IMG/VR virus record: IMGVR_UViG_3300025889_017362
Strand: one strand, 5' to 3'
Origin: an uncultured virus (IMG/VR IMGVR_UViG_3300025889_017362)
Taxonomy: Duplodnaviria; Heunggongvirae; Uroviricota; Caudoviricetes
DNA: 20,000 bases
The position numbers and the translations under genes are program-made. This document shows, in pieces, positions 8,906 to 16,866 of the stretch (positions within the stretch are counted from its first letter, which is position 1; each line of letters opens with the position of its first letter). Under the pieces are notes generated by a model. It had not been told where the DNA came from, made no database searches, and worked only from the letters and a program-made list of their open reading frames with translations.

Positions 8906-9840
8906 AAAGTGTTTTTATTATAAGTCCTTTCCACTATTGTCATTGTGTAGCTACACTAGTGGAAGGGCTTCAAAAAAGTGGTATAAAGGTTTTTTCCAAC
9001 ACTAGCCACAACTATGTGAAAAATCAACTATTCAACATAGATACTGCCATCAAGGTTGCTGAAAAGTGTGATGTAGTTGTTTTAGCACATTCCGCCTTAG
9101 AAGAAAAATATAAAGAAATACTATTACCATTAGTAAATTCTGTAAGGGTTGATGTATTCTTAGATGGGTCTGATAATAAAGAATACGAAGCCCAACCTTC
9201 TGATTATAAACTGTATTTGAAGAGAGAGTATTTAGGCACAACAGAAAATAACGTGCACCCTTTTCTTTTCGGTATAGAGGATAGATACTTTGCTCACACA
9301 AATAAAACCCATCAAGAGATTTGGTCAAATAAAATAGATGACCTTGTTTGCATAATGTCAGCTTGTGAAAAAAGACCTTGGCGTTTTGACATTATACAAT
9401 CACTCAAAGATACGTTTGATAAAGACGATACTGTGTTTGTTGGTGAGTATAGAGAGGGCACTGCACTTACTAGTGTTGATACAGGGGATAGACATTTTAG
9501 TGGATACTTTGGAAAATTACTTGGGTCAAGAATAAGTGTTGATGCTTATGGTGCTTTCGGGGCAAGACAAACAGGTAGGTTTTGGGAAAGTATTGCTAAC
9601 GGGTGTCTTGTTATGTATCAAAACATAGAACCTTACAGGTGGAATAATACTTTTGAGGATGGTATACACTTCATCTCATACTCTGATACAGACGAGTTGA
9701 TAGAAAAGGCTTGTTACTATGTCGGTAATCCAGATAAAGCCGAAGAGATTGCAAGAAAAGGGTACGACCATGCATTGGAATATCATACAACTTCTTGTAG
9801 GTCAAATGAGTTTTTATCCTTGTGTGAAAGATATTTATAA
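8902..9840 (+). CDS. Glycosyltransferase, CgeB/YkvP-like (Glyco_trans_1_2 type)
   Basis: C-terminal RFWESIANGCLVM...FEDGIHFISYSDTDELIEKACYYVGNPDKAEEIARKGYDHALEYHT signature; YLKRE. Confidence 0.8.
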   Translation: MKSVFIISPFHYCHCVATLVEGLQKSGIKVFSNTSHNYVKNQLFNIDTAIKVAEKCDVVVLAHSALEEKYKEILLPLVNSVRVDVFLDGSDNKEYEAQPSDYKLYLKREYLGTTENNVHPFLFGIEDRYFAHTNKTHQEIWSNKIDDLVCIMSACEKRPWRFDIIQSLKDTFDKDDTVFVGEYREGTALTSVDTGDRHFSGYFGKLLGSRISVDAYGAFGARQTGRFWESIANGCLVMYQNIEPYRWNNTFEDGIHFISYSDTDELIEKACYYVGNPDKAEEIARKGYDHALEYHTTSCRSNEFLSLCERYL

Positions 9841-9878
9841 CATAGCACATTCATAAAAACTAGCTTGAGAAAAATGAA

Positions 9879-10457
9879 ATGAAACTAAAAGAAGCAATAA
9901 AAGGACAACGAGTTGTTGTTATTTATCCCGGCAGATTTCAGCCAATGGGTAGTCATCACTTCCAAGCATACAAACATTTAGTGAGCAAGTTTGGTAAAGC
10001 TAACGTCTTTGTTGCTACCAGTGATAAAACTGAGGCCAAGAGTCCATTAAACTTCAACGAGAAAAAGAAGGTCATTAGTGCTTATGGTGTCCCCCCAAAA
10101 CAAATTGTCAAAGTAAAGAATCCTTACAGGTCAGATGAGATTACTTCTAAGTTGCCAGACGATACTGCTGTGTTATGGGCCGTTGGTGCTAAAGACGGTG
10201 ACAGACTAGTATCTGGAAAGTATTTTGATAAGTATAAGAAGGGTGTTGACCTCTTACCATACAAGGAGCGTGGATACATCTACATCGTCCCCCATGTATC
10301 TCTGAAGGTAAATGGTCAAGAAATGTCAGGCACTGCCATACGTCAAGCTCTTGGTAATAAAGACCTATCACCAAAGGAAAGAAAAGACATCTTCAAACAG
10401 ATTACAGGATTCAACAATCCATCTATAGAGAAGATGTTATATAACAAACTAACATAG
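9879..10457 (+). CDS. Cytidyltransferase-like / NMN adenylyltransferase-like (HIGH superfamily) nucleotidyltransferase
   Basis: VIYPGRFQPMGSHH (degenerate HxGH), SPLNFNEK, VKNPY, VGAKD, MSGTAIRQAL (SGTxIR-type motif). Confidence 0.8.
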   Translation: MKLKEAIKGQRVVVIYPGRFQPMGSHHFQAYKHLVSKFGKANVFVATSDKTEAKSPLNFNEKKKVISAYGVPPKQIVKVKNPYRSDEITSKLPDDTAVLWAVGAKDGDRLVSGKYFDKYKKGVDLLPYKERGYIYIVPHVSLKVNGQEMSGTAIRQALGNKDLSPKERKDIFKQITGFNNPSIEKMLYNKLT

Positions 10458-10458
10458 A

Positions 10459-10659
10459 ATGCTTATAAAGCCAGTAAAAAATACAAACTATTACGTTGAG
10501 TATATACCACCCAAACAAAAGACAAGATGCACTGAATGTGGAAACACAGTAAAAAACCTAGCTAGGTATGGTGTATGCACTTCTTGTCTTGGTAAGAGAA
10601 AACCAAAAAAACTAAAGCACCAAAATAATATTGGTGATAATTTAGACATACAGGCATAG
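10459..10659 (+). CDS. Small basic zinc-finger protein
   Basis: CTEC...CTSC; 1 nt after the upstream stop. Confidence 0.6.
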   Translation: MLIKPVKNTNYYVEYIPPKQKTRCTECGNTVKNLARYGVCTSCLGKRKPKKLKHQNNIGDNLDIQA

Positions 10660-10668
10660 AGAAAATAA

Positions 10669-11907
10669 ATGAAACTTAGACATGTATTACGAGAAGGTGG
10701 CGCTTCGGGACATATGGCTCATCCGTGGGAAAATATTGATATGACCTTCGGTGAGATGAAAAAGATGATAAGAGCGCTTCTTACGGGTAGTATGGAAATA
10801 GAAAAAGTGTCTGAAAAAACGGATGGCCAAAACATCAACATAACATGGCATAATGGTCAACTAGTTGCTGCAAGAAATAAGACACAGAGTAAGAACTTTG
10901 GTGAGAATGGCTTGACTCTTGCAGGTATGAAGAAGATGTTTGCTGGTAGAGGTGAATTAGAAAAAGCGTTTGTTTCATCTATGGTTGATTTAGAAAAAGC
11001 GATTTCTTCCTTGACAGAGAAACAAAGAAGTCGTATATTTGACAACGGTCATAAATGGATGAACATAGAAATAATTTATCAACCAACAAGAAATGTAATA
11101 CCTTATAATATGGACTTACTACAGTTTCATGGTGTCAACGAGTTTGATGCTAATGGTAGTAAGATTGGTTCTTCATCTAAGGAAGGTAAAGAGCTTGCCG
11201 GTATGATAAAACAAATTAATCAAAACAAACAAGACACGTTTGAGATTAGAGGGCCCCAAGCAGTTGAATTACCAAAGTCAAAAGATTTCTCAAAGAATGC
11301 AGACAAATACATCAAAAGAATTTCTGCACTACAGAAAAAATATGGTTTAGGAAATAACGATAACTTATTACAATACCATAGAAAATTTTGGCTACAAATG
11401 GTTGAAAGAGAAGCACGTAAGAGTAGAGTGAAGCTAAGTAGAGAGTTGAAAGTAAAACTAGTGAAAAGATTTGCTGAAGGTGATAAGAGTTTTGCTCTGA
11501 GTAAGGCTAACCTAAAAGATGAGAAGATTTATAACTTTGCAAGTAAACTTGACAAGGTTGATTCAAAAGGATTGTTTCAGAAAAATGTTGCACCTTTTGA
11601 AGATGTATTTCTCTCACTAGGAGCTGAGGTTTTAGAAAACGCCAAAAATTTTATCGCTGTATCACCCGCAAAGGGTGTAAGAGACATGAAGAAAGATTTA
11701 GGAAATACTATTTCTGATTTACGTAAAGGGGGTGATATCACCAAACTCAAACAGCTAAAAAGACAAATACAGAGATTTAAGAAGGCTGGCGGTTTTAATA
11801 AAATTGTTCCTAGTGAGGGAATCGTTTTTGACTATAAGGGAAACACTTATAAGTTGACAGGATTGTTTGCACCCATAAACCAAATATTAGGTATGACCAA
11901 ATTTTAG
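10669..11907 (+). CDS. Conserved phage protein with RNA ligase/covalent nucleotidyltransferase motifs
   Basis: EKTDG (motif I), AARNK (Ia), NIEII (III), LLQFH (IIIa), EGIV (IV), YKL (V); N-terminal GHMAHP. Confidence 0.65.
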   Translation: MKLRHVLREGGASGHMAHPWENIDMTFGEMKKMIRALLTGSMEIEKVSEKTDGQNINITWHNGQLVAARNKTQSKNFGENGLTLAGMKKMFAGRGELEKAFVSSMVDLEKAISSLTEKQRSRIFDNGHKWMNIEIIYQPTRNVIPYNMDLLQFHGVNEFDANGSKIGSSSKEGKELAGMIKQINQNKQDTFEIRGPQAVELPKSKDFSKNADKYIKRISALQKKYGLGNNDNLLQYHRKFWLQMVEREARKSRVKLSRELKVKLVKRFAEGDKSFALSKANLKDEKIYNFASKLDKVDSKGLFQKNVAPFEDVFLSLGAEVLENAKNFIAVSPAKGVRDMKKDLGNTISDLRKGGDITKLKQLKRQIQRFKKAGGFNKIVPSEGIVFDYKGNTYKLTGLFAPINQILGMTKF

Positions 11908-11918
11908 AAAGGAAAGAA

Positions 11919-12092
11919 ATGGCTCGGACAAATCGCAGAAAAGATGCGAGTGAAGTAGTTAAGCCCAATCGTGGAGTAAAGAAGAATCAACGTAAAACAC
12001 GAAGAAGTAATACTAAGACAGCAATAAAAAACATTGACTATAATGACCCTAACTTTGATGAATTAGAGGAAGATTTATACGATGGAAGGTAA
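11919..12092 (+). CDS. Small hypothetical protein, 57 aa, basic N-terminus and acidic C-terminus (not in ORF track)
   Basis: AAGGA SD, ATG 11919, MARTNRRKD...DELEEDLYDGR*, overlaps thyX start by 11 nt. Confidence 0.72.
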   Translation: MARTNRRKDASEVVKPNRGVKKNQRKTRRSNTKTAIKNIDYNDPNFDELEEDLYDGR

Positions 12093-12795
12093 GTTTGCTA
12101 TCAAACCAAAGGTTCTAGACAAGGGTTTCGTAGAGTTGTTAGATTTCTGTGGTACAGACTTAACAGTAGTAAATTCTGCTCGTGTATCCTTTGGAAAGAG
12201 AAAAGAAACATATGAAACATCAGATGAAAAACTTGTTAGATACCTCGCTAAACATAAACACTTTTCCCCGTTTAGACATCTCATAGTCCAACTACACATA
12301 AAGGCGCCTGAGTTTGTTATGAGACAGGCGTATAAACACGTAGTTGGAATAGAAACTTCATCATCACATTCGACAAAAGACCATGCTTGGAATGAAATTA
12401 GTGGCCGTTATGTGCCAGTTGAGGAATTTTATCTTCCCGAAATCTGGCGCCAACAATCGCCAGACTCAAAGCAGGCGAGCGTGGGTGAAATCCCACTTCA
12501 AGAAGAAGCCCACGAAAGATACGAGAATGCGATAAAGCTAATCAAACACAACTATGAAGAGTTGTTAAAGCTCGGTGTCGCAAAAGAACAAGCAAGAATA
12601 ATGTTGCCGTTGTCTCAGTATACAGAAGTTATCTGGACAGCATCATTTCAAGCCCTTATGAATTTTGTAGAGCTACGAGATAAGCCAGACTCTCAGTGGG
12701 AGATCAGAAAATATGCCAAGGCAGTCAAACATGTATTACATCAAATCTATCCTAAAACTTCTGAAATTTGGGAAGAAACCTTCTTCCAAAAATAA
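12082..12795 (+). CDS. thyX: FAD-dependent thymidylate synthase ThyX
   Basis: VNSARVSF, HFSPFRH, NEISGRY, EQARIMLP, LRDKPDSQWEIR. The first Arg/His/Arg of the RHRx7S motif is variant (QAYKH). Confidence 0.93.
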   Translation: MEGKFAIKPKVLDKGFVELLDFCGTDLTVVNSARVSFGKRKETYETSDEKLVRYLAKHKHFSPFRHLIVQLHIKAPEFVMRQAYKHVVGIETSSSHSTKDHAWNEISGRYVPVEEFYLPEIWRQQSPDSKQASVGEIPLQEEAHERYENAIKLIKHNYEELLKLGVAKEQARIMLPLSQYTEVIWTASFQALMNFVELRDKPDSQWEIRKYAKAVKHVLHQIYPKTSEIWEETFFQK

Positions 12796-12840
12796 GCTAC
12801 TATTTATTCCCCTTATTATTTTGCTCATTCCATTTTTTGC

Positions 12841-12884
12841 CTTTTTCCTTGTTTGCTCATCAAAAAGAGCAAATGAGGAAGGAG
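12841..12884 (+). other. 18-bp RNA hairpin (4 G.U pairs, 8-nt loop) containing an AAGGAG sequence in its 3' arm
   Basis: CTTTTTCCTTGTTTGCTC (12841-12858) pairs without interruption with GAGCAAATGAGGAAGGAG (12867-12884); every non-Watson-Crick position is G.U only on the + strand. Confidence 0.65.
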
Positions 12885-12893
12885 AGTGTTACA

Positions 12894-13043
12894 TTGGTTG
12901 GTGCTGAAATAAAAATTGTTTTAGCATGTATTTTATGCTTGACAACCCCCATACTATTACTTATATTATTATCAACATTTAGAAATAAACCATTTAAATC
13001 ATGTGGTGAATCTTGTGAGTGCTTTGACGAAAAAAGTGCTTGA
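12894..13043 (+). CDS. Possible 49-aa single-TM peptide
   Basis: AAGGAG 12879-12884, TTG 12894, IVLACILCLTTPILLLILLSTF hydrophobic stretch; doubtful because it contains a promoter and lies in T-rich sequence. Confidence 0.3.
   Translation: MVGAEIKIVLACILCLTTPILLLILLSTFRNKPFKSCGESCECFDEKSA
12936..12967 (+). promoter_or_regulatory. Sigma70-type promoter TGCTTGACA-N17-TATATT (copy 3)
   Basis: TTGACA 12939-12944, 17-nt spacer, TATATT 12962-12967. Confidence 0.8.
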
Positions 13044-13068
13044 CAAAACTAAGATAGTTGTTTATATT
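13037..13068 (+). promoter_or_regulatory. Sigma70-type promoter TGCTTGACA-N17-TATATT (copy 4)
   Basis: TTGACA 13040-13045, 17-nt spacer, TATATT 13063-13068; upstream of the AAGGAG SD of the SSB gene. Confidence 0.85.
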
Positions 13069-13143
13069 ATGTGAGTAAGTTATTAGAATACTTACAACAA
13101 ACCCCATCATGCAGTTTCATTATGGCAAGGAGATAGAAAACTT

Positions 13144-13974
13144 ATGCCGATTAGTTTAGATAAAATCAATTCCGCTCTTGATAGGTTGGATAACAAGGGT
13201 GGTGGCAATCAACAGAATGACGCTCTTGTTAAGTTGGATGAGGGAGAGCATCAGATTCGTATCGCTCCATACAAGCACGACTTGGATATGCCATTTCGTG
13301 AGTTGTGGTTTCACTTTAAGATTGGTGGTCGCACTTTCTTGTGTCCCAATAAGATGAAGGGTGAGCCTGACCCTATTTGTGATTTCGCCACTACTTGTTG
13401 GAATGAGTATACTAAGACTAACGATGAGTCTTATAAGGAGATGTTTAAGACAATGGCTCCCACACTTCGGGTCTATGTGCCTATTGTTGTGCGTGGTCAA
13501 GAAGACAAGGGTATACGTTGGTGGAGTATTTCACCCCGCACTACCTACAAGGAAGTGCTAAACCATGTCCGTAGTGGTTTGCGTCAGAATGTTGACATCA
13601 CTGATGCTACTGAAGGTTTGGACTTGATGGTTACCGTTGAGCCAGGCTTCAATGGTTGGTTGATGCCTACTACCATTACTACTGCTCTCAAGCCCACTCC
13701 TTTGGCTGGCACAAAGGCTGAGATTGAGACCATCATTGATAGTGTTACTGAGGTTGAGACACTCTTTGAGTATAGCCCAGTTGAAGAGATGAAGATTGCT
13801 CTTGACAAACACATCAACCCCAACGCTGATGATTCAGATTCATCAGCAGGTGCTGCTCGTGATTTCACTTCCAATGACGAGAAGAAGGATACTGGTGGTG
13901 ATGATAAGGTTAGTAAGAAGATTGATGATGCTCTTGACAATCTTCTTGGTGACAAGGCCATAGACTTTAAGTAA
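13144..13974 (+). CDS. Phage single-stranded DNA-binding protein (T4 gp32-like)
   Basis: IRIAPY...PFRELWFHF...FLCP...DPICDF (putative Zn ligands H/C/C), RVYVPIVVRG, DITDATEGLD, acidic C-terminal tail; directly upstream of recA. Confidence 0.85.
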   Translation: MPISLDKINSALDRLDNKGGGNQQNDALVKLDEGEHQIRIAPYKHDLDMPFRELWFHFKIGGRTFLCPNKMKGEPDPICDFATTCWNEYTKTNDESYKEMFKTMAPTLRVYVPIVVRGQEDKGIRWWSISPRTTYKEVLNHVRSGLRQNVDITDATEGLDLMVTVEPGFNGWLMPTTITTALKPTPLAGTKAEIETIIDSVTEVETLFEYSPVEEMKIALDKHINPNADDSDSSAGAARDFTSNDEKKDTGGDDKVSKKIDDALDNLLGDKAIDFK

Positions 13975-15125
13975 TGGCCAGAAAGAAAATAAAAGCAACC
14001 AAGTCTTCTGTAGAAGAAGATTCGGTACTAAACGATATACTTGTAGATAGTCTTAACAAGAAGCTCGGTGATGTAGCCTATATTCTTGGTAAGGGTGATA
14101 GTCCACCAGAAGTAAAGGAGTGGTTATCAACAGGCTCTACAGTATTAGACACAATCATCTCTAATGATGAAAATGCCGATGGGGGCATTCCCGTTGGTCG
14201 CCTCACCGAAATATGTGGTGAGGCGGCCACTGGTAAATCCCTATTGTCATACATGATTCTAAAAGATTGTCAAGACAAAGGTGGTATTCCTGTATTGATT
14301 GATACAGAGAATGCTTGTAATGAAGACTTCCTAAACTTGCTTGGTTTGAAGTTTTATCCAGAAGGCTCCCTTGTATACATTCAAGTTGAGTCGGTAGAAA
14401 AAGTATTTTCCGCTATTGAAGAAATAGTCCGTAAGATTAGGGAAAACGATAAAGACAAACTGTGTTGTATTGTGTGGGATAGTGTGGCTGGCACTTCCAC
14501 AGATGCAGAAATACAAAATGATTACGGTGAAGCTACCATTGGTATGCAAGCTCGTATGATTGGTCAAGGTCTTAGAAAACTCATACGTTTTGTTGGTCAA
14601 CAAAGAGTTGCTCTTGTGTTTCTAAATCAAGTGAGACAAAAGATTGGTGTATTCTTTGGTGATGATACGGTAACGCCAGGCGGTAAGGCCATTCCTTTCT
14701 TTTCTTCTGTTCGTATGAAACTATACAGCGGCGGTAAGGTAAAAGCTGGTAAGGATGTTATTGGTGTCGGTATCAAACCAAAACTTATCAAGAATAGAAT
14801 GGGCCCACCTCATCGTGAAGCCGAGTTGAAGATGTATTTCACAAAAGGTTTGATAGATGAAGAGAGTTGGTTAGACATACTTCTGAAGTCTGGTCATGCT
14901 GAAAAGATTAGTGCTCAAAAATCATCTATTACCAATAAGGATACGGGAGAAGTATACGAGTTTCAGAATCGTAAGTTTGTTGATTGGATACGTAAAACAG
15001 AAAACAAAGAGGCCCACACCTATTGTAAGGCTCTTGTAAGGTCTGCTCTTATCATAGAACAAGACCCCGATAAGAGAGAAGAAGAAATAACCACTGAAGA
15101 ATTGCAGGGAGAAGAAGAACTATAA
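13974..15125 (+). CDS. recA: RecA/UvsX-like recombinase
   Basis: STGSTVLD, GGIPVGRLTEICGEAATGKS (Walker A), IDTE, IVWDSVA (Walker B), FLNQVRQKIG, TPGGKAIPF, KNR. Confidence 0.95.
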   Translation: MARKKIKATKSSVEEDSVLNDILVDSLNKKLGDVAYILGKGDSPPEVKEWLSTGSTVLDTIISNDENADGGIPVGRLTEICGEAATGKSLLSYMILKDCQDKGGIPVLIDTENACNEDFLNLLGLKFYPEGSLVYIQVESVEKVFSAIEEIVRKIRENDKDKLCCIVWDSVAGTSTDAEIQNDYGEATIGMQARMIGQGLRKLIRFVGQQRVALVFLNQVRQKIGVFFGDDTVTPGGKAIPFFSSVRMKLYSGGKVKAGKDVIGVGIKPKLIKNRMGPPHREAELKMYFTKGLIDEESWLDILLKSGHAEKISAQKSSITNKDTGEVYEFQNRKFVDWIRKTENKEAHTYCKALVRSALIIEQDPDKREEEITTEELQGEEEL

Positions 15126-15394
15126 TGGTCGCAAAACTTACACCAGAAGATAGACAGAATGTAAACGAAGAAGAAGAAAAAACTTCTAATGGTGTGGAAT
15201 TGATTATTCTTACTCTATGTCTATCAATTCTTGTAGGTTTTGGTTGTTTGATTGCTGGCATTTCATGGATATTTGCTTATCTATGGAATGTCGGCATCGC
15301 GCCTCTTGGATTACCAACCATTGTTTGGTGGCAATGGACAATCTTCTGGTTCTTCATAGTAACCATCAAAAATATCTTCAAAAAAGAATCCTAA
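15125..15394 (+). CDS. Small membrane protein (2 predicted TM helices)
   Basis: Two hydrophobic stretches separated by LWNVGIAPLGLP; TAATG overlap with recA. Confidence 0.75.
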   Translation: MVAKLTPEDRQNVNEEEEKTSNGVELIILTLCLSILVGFGCLIAGISWIFAYLWNVGIAPLGLPTIVWWQWTIFWFFIVTIKNIFKKES

Positions 15395-15473
15395 AGATGA
15401 ATCTAAATTTTTTTGATTGATAGTCATTTTTCTAAAATTTTCTAGTCTATATTTATTCTACCAAAAGGTTAAA

Positions 15474-15878
15474 ATGAATAGTGCAGTGCAGGAAGTTACG
15501 AGTAATAAATGGTTCCGTATTGCTCGTAATGAATGTTTGAAAAGTATGCATCACACTAGGTTTGGCACAGTTTTGATTCTAAAAAATGGTAAGATTTTTG
15601 TAGGGTGTAATAAAGATAAAAGTCACCCTATGCTTAGAAAACATTATGACTTTTTTGCACACAGTATCCATGCTGAGTTAGATGTTCTTCTAAAGGTAAA
15701 CCCCTACCGATACGAAGACAATCTGCAAGGGTCAACAATGTATGTTTACCGAGAAGATAAAAACGGTTTACTCAAACCTGCACACCCATGCAAGTCTTGT
15801 TATAAGATAATGAAAGACTATGGTGTTAAAAAGTGTTACTACACTACATCTAAAGGTTTTAACTTTACCCTATTATAA
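15474..15878 (+). CDS. CMP/dCMP deaminase-family zinc-binding protein
   Basis: HAELD and PCKSC zinc motifs; start moved to ATG 15474 (AAGG SD). Confidence 0.85.
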   Translation: MNSAVQEVTSNKWFRIARNECLKSMHHTRFGTVLILKNGKIFVGCNKDKSHPMLRKHYDFFAHSIHAELDVLLKVNPYRYEDNLQGSTMYVYREDKNGLLKPAHPCKSCYKIMKDYGVKKCYYTTSKGFNFTLL

Positions 15879-15888
15879 GGAGCAACAA

Positions 15889-16854
15889 GTGTCCGATAAG
15901 CCTGTATTGTTGATTGATTTACTCAATCTTTATTGCCGTTGTTTTTCATCAATACCATTGACCAATGATAATGGAGAGCACGTAGGTGGTTTTTATGGAA
16001 GTCTAAATGCACTTCAAAGTTATATCAACAAGTTTTCACCAAGTGAGTGTATAATCGCTTGGGAGGGTGCTGGCTCCTCTCAGAAACGAAGAAAGAAGTT
16101 AGAGGATTACAAACGAGGTCGTAAGATGGTGGGGATGAGAAGGGGGTTTGAGACCTCAGATGAGAGTGAGAAGGAAGCCTTCGCTCGTCAACTTGAAGCG
16201 TTGAAAGAGGCTATGGAGTTTTTACCTTTGAAACAAGTAGCTGTAAAGTATTTGGAAGCTGATGATGTTATTGCCTATATGTGTAAGAATACTATCAAAG
16301 ACCGTAAGAAGGTCATTGTCAGCACTGATAGAGACTATCTACAACTAGTAGATGAGAATACTAGTGTATTCAGACCAGTAAAAACAAAGACCAACAAACA
16401 AGGTGAGTTTATTGACTTGGAGTGGATGCATCAAAAAGAAAACATTCACCCACCAAACTATGCCTTACTCAAGGCTGTTGTTGGCGACAAGAGTGATAAC
16501 ATACAAGGTGTAAAAGGTATCGGTGAGAAAACAGCTCGTAATCAAATACATCTCCTGTGGGATAATGAAAAAAGTTATGATGCAGGTGACTTTATAGATT
16601 GGGCTAAAGGTCGTAGTGAAAAGAAGTATCAAAAGTATGTTGAGAATGAAGAGTTGATTAAACTGAATTATAGTATTGTACAATTACAAGAGCTAGACAT
16701 TTCTCTTGCCGCTATTGATACTATAAATAAAACTTACGATAAAGATGCGCCTAAGTTTAATTCTTACAAGTTTCGTATTAACCTACTAAACGAAAATGTG
16801 AGTCCGTCAAACTTAGATAATTGGGTCGCATCGTTTTCCATCTTGAAAAACTAA
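15889..16854 (+). CDS. 5'-3' exonuclease / flap endonuclease (T4 RNase H, PolA N-terminal-like)
   Basis: LLIDLLN, YKRGR, EADDVIAY, STDRDYLQL, GDKSDNIQGVKGIGEKTA (H3TH); start moved to GTG 15889 behind AAGGAG. Confidence 0.92.
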   Translation: MSDKPVLLIDLLNLYCRCFSSIPLTNDNGEHVGGFYGSLNALQSYINKFSPSECIIAWEGAGSSQKRRKKLEDYKRGRKMVGMRRGFETSDESEKEAFARQLEALKEAMEFLPLKQVAVKYLEADDVIAYMCKNTIKDRKKVIVSTDRDYLQLVDENTSVFRPVKTKTNKQGEFIDLEWMHQKENIHPPNYALLKAVVGDKSDNIQGVKGIGEKTARNQIHLLWDNEKSYDAGDFIDWAKGRSEKKYQKYVENEELIKLNYSIVQLQELDISLAAIDTINKTYDKDAPKFNSYKFRINLLNENVSPSNLDNWVASFSILKN

Positions 16855-16866
16855 GGAGATATTTAG

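Noticed and set aside
12841..12884. Hairpin as an intrinsic terminator
   Set aside because: No U-run follows on the + strand, and the G.U pairs become mismatches on the - strand.
12713..12907. Alternative-frame + strand ORFs 12713..12907 and the 12768 start of 12768..13043
   Set aside because: They overlap thyX, have no SD, and their hydrophobicity follows from the T-rich hairpin arm; only the shorter 12894 start was kept, at low confidence.
13361..15420. Nested + strand ORFs 13361..13561 and 15217..15420
   Set aside because: Out-of-frame within better-supported genes, no SD or motif.
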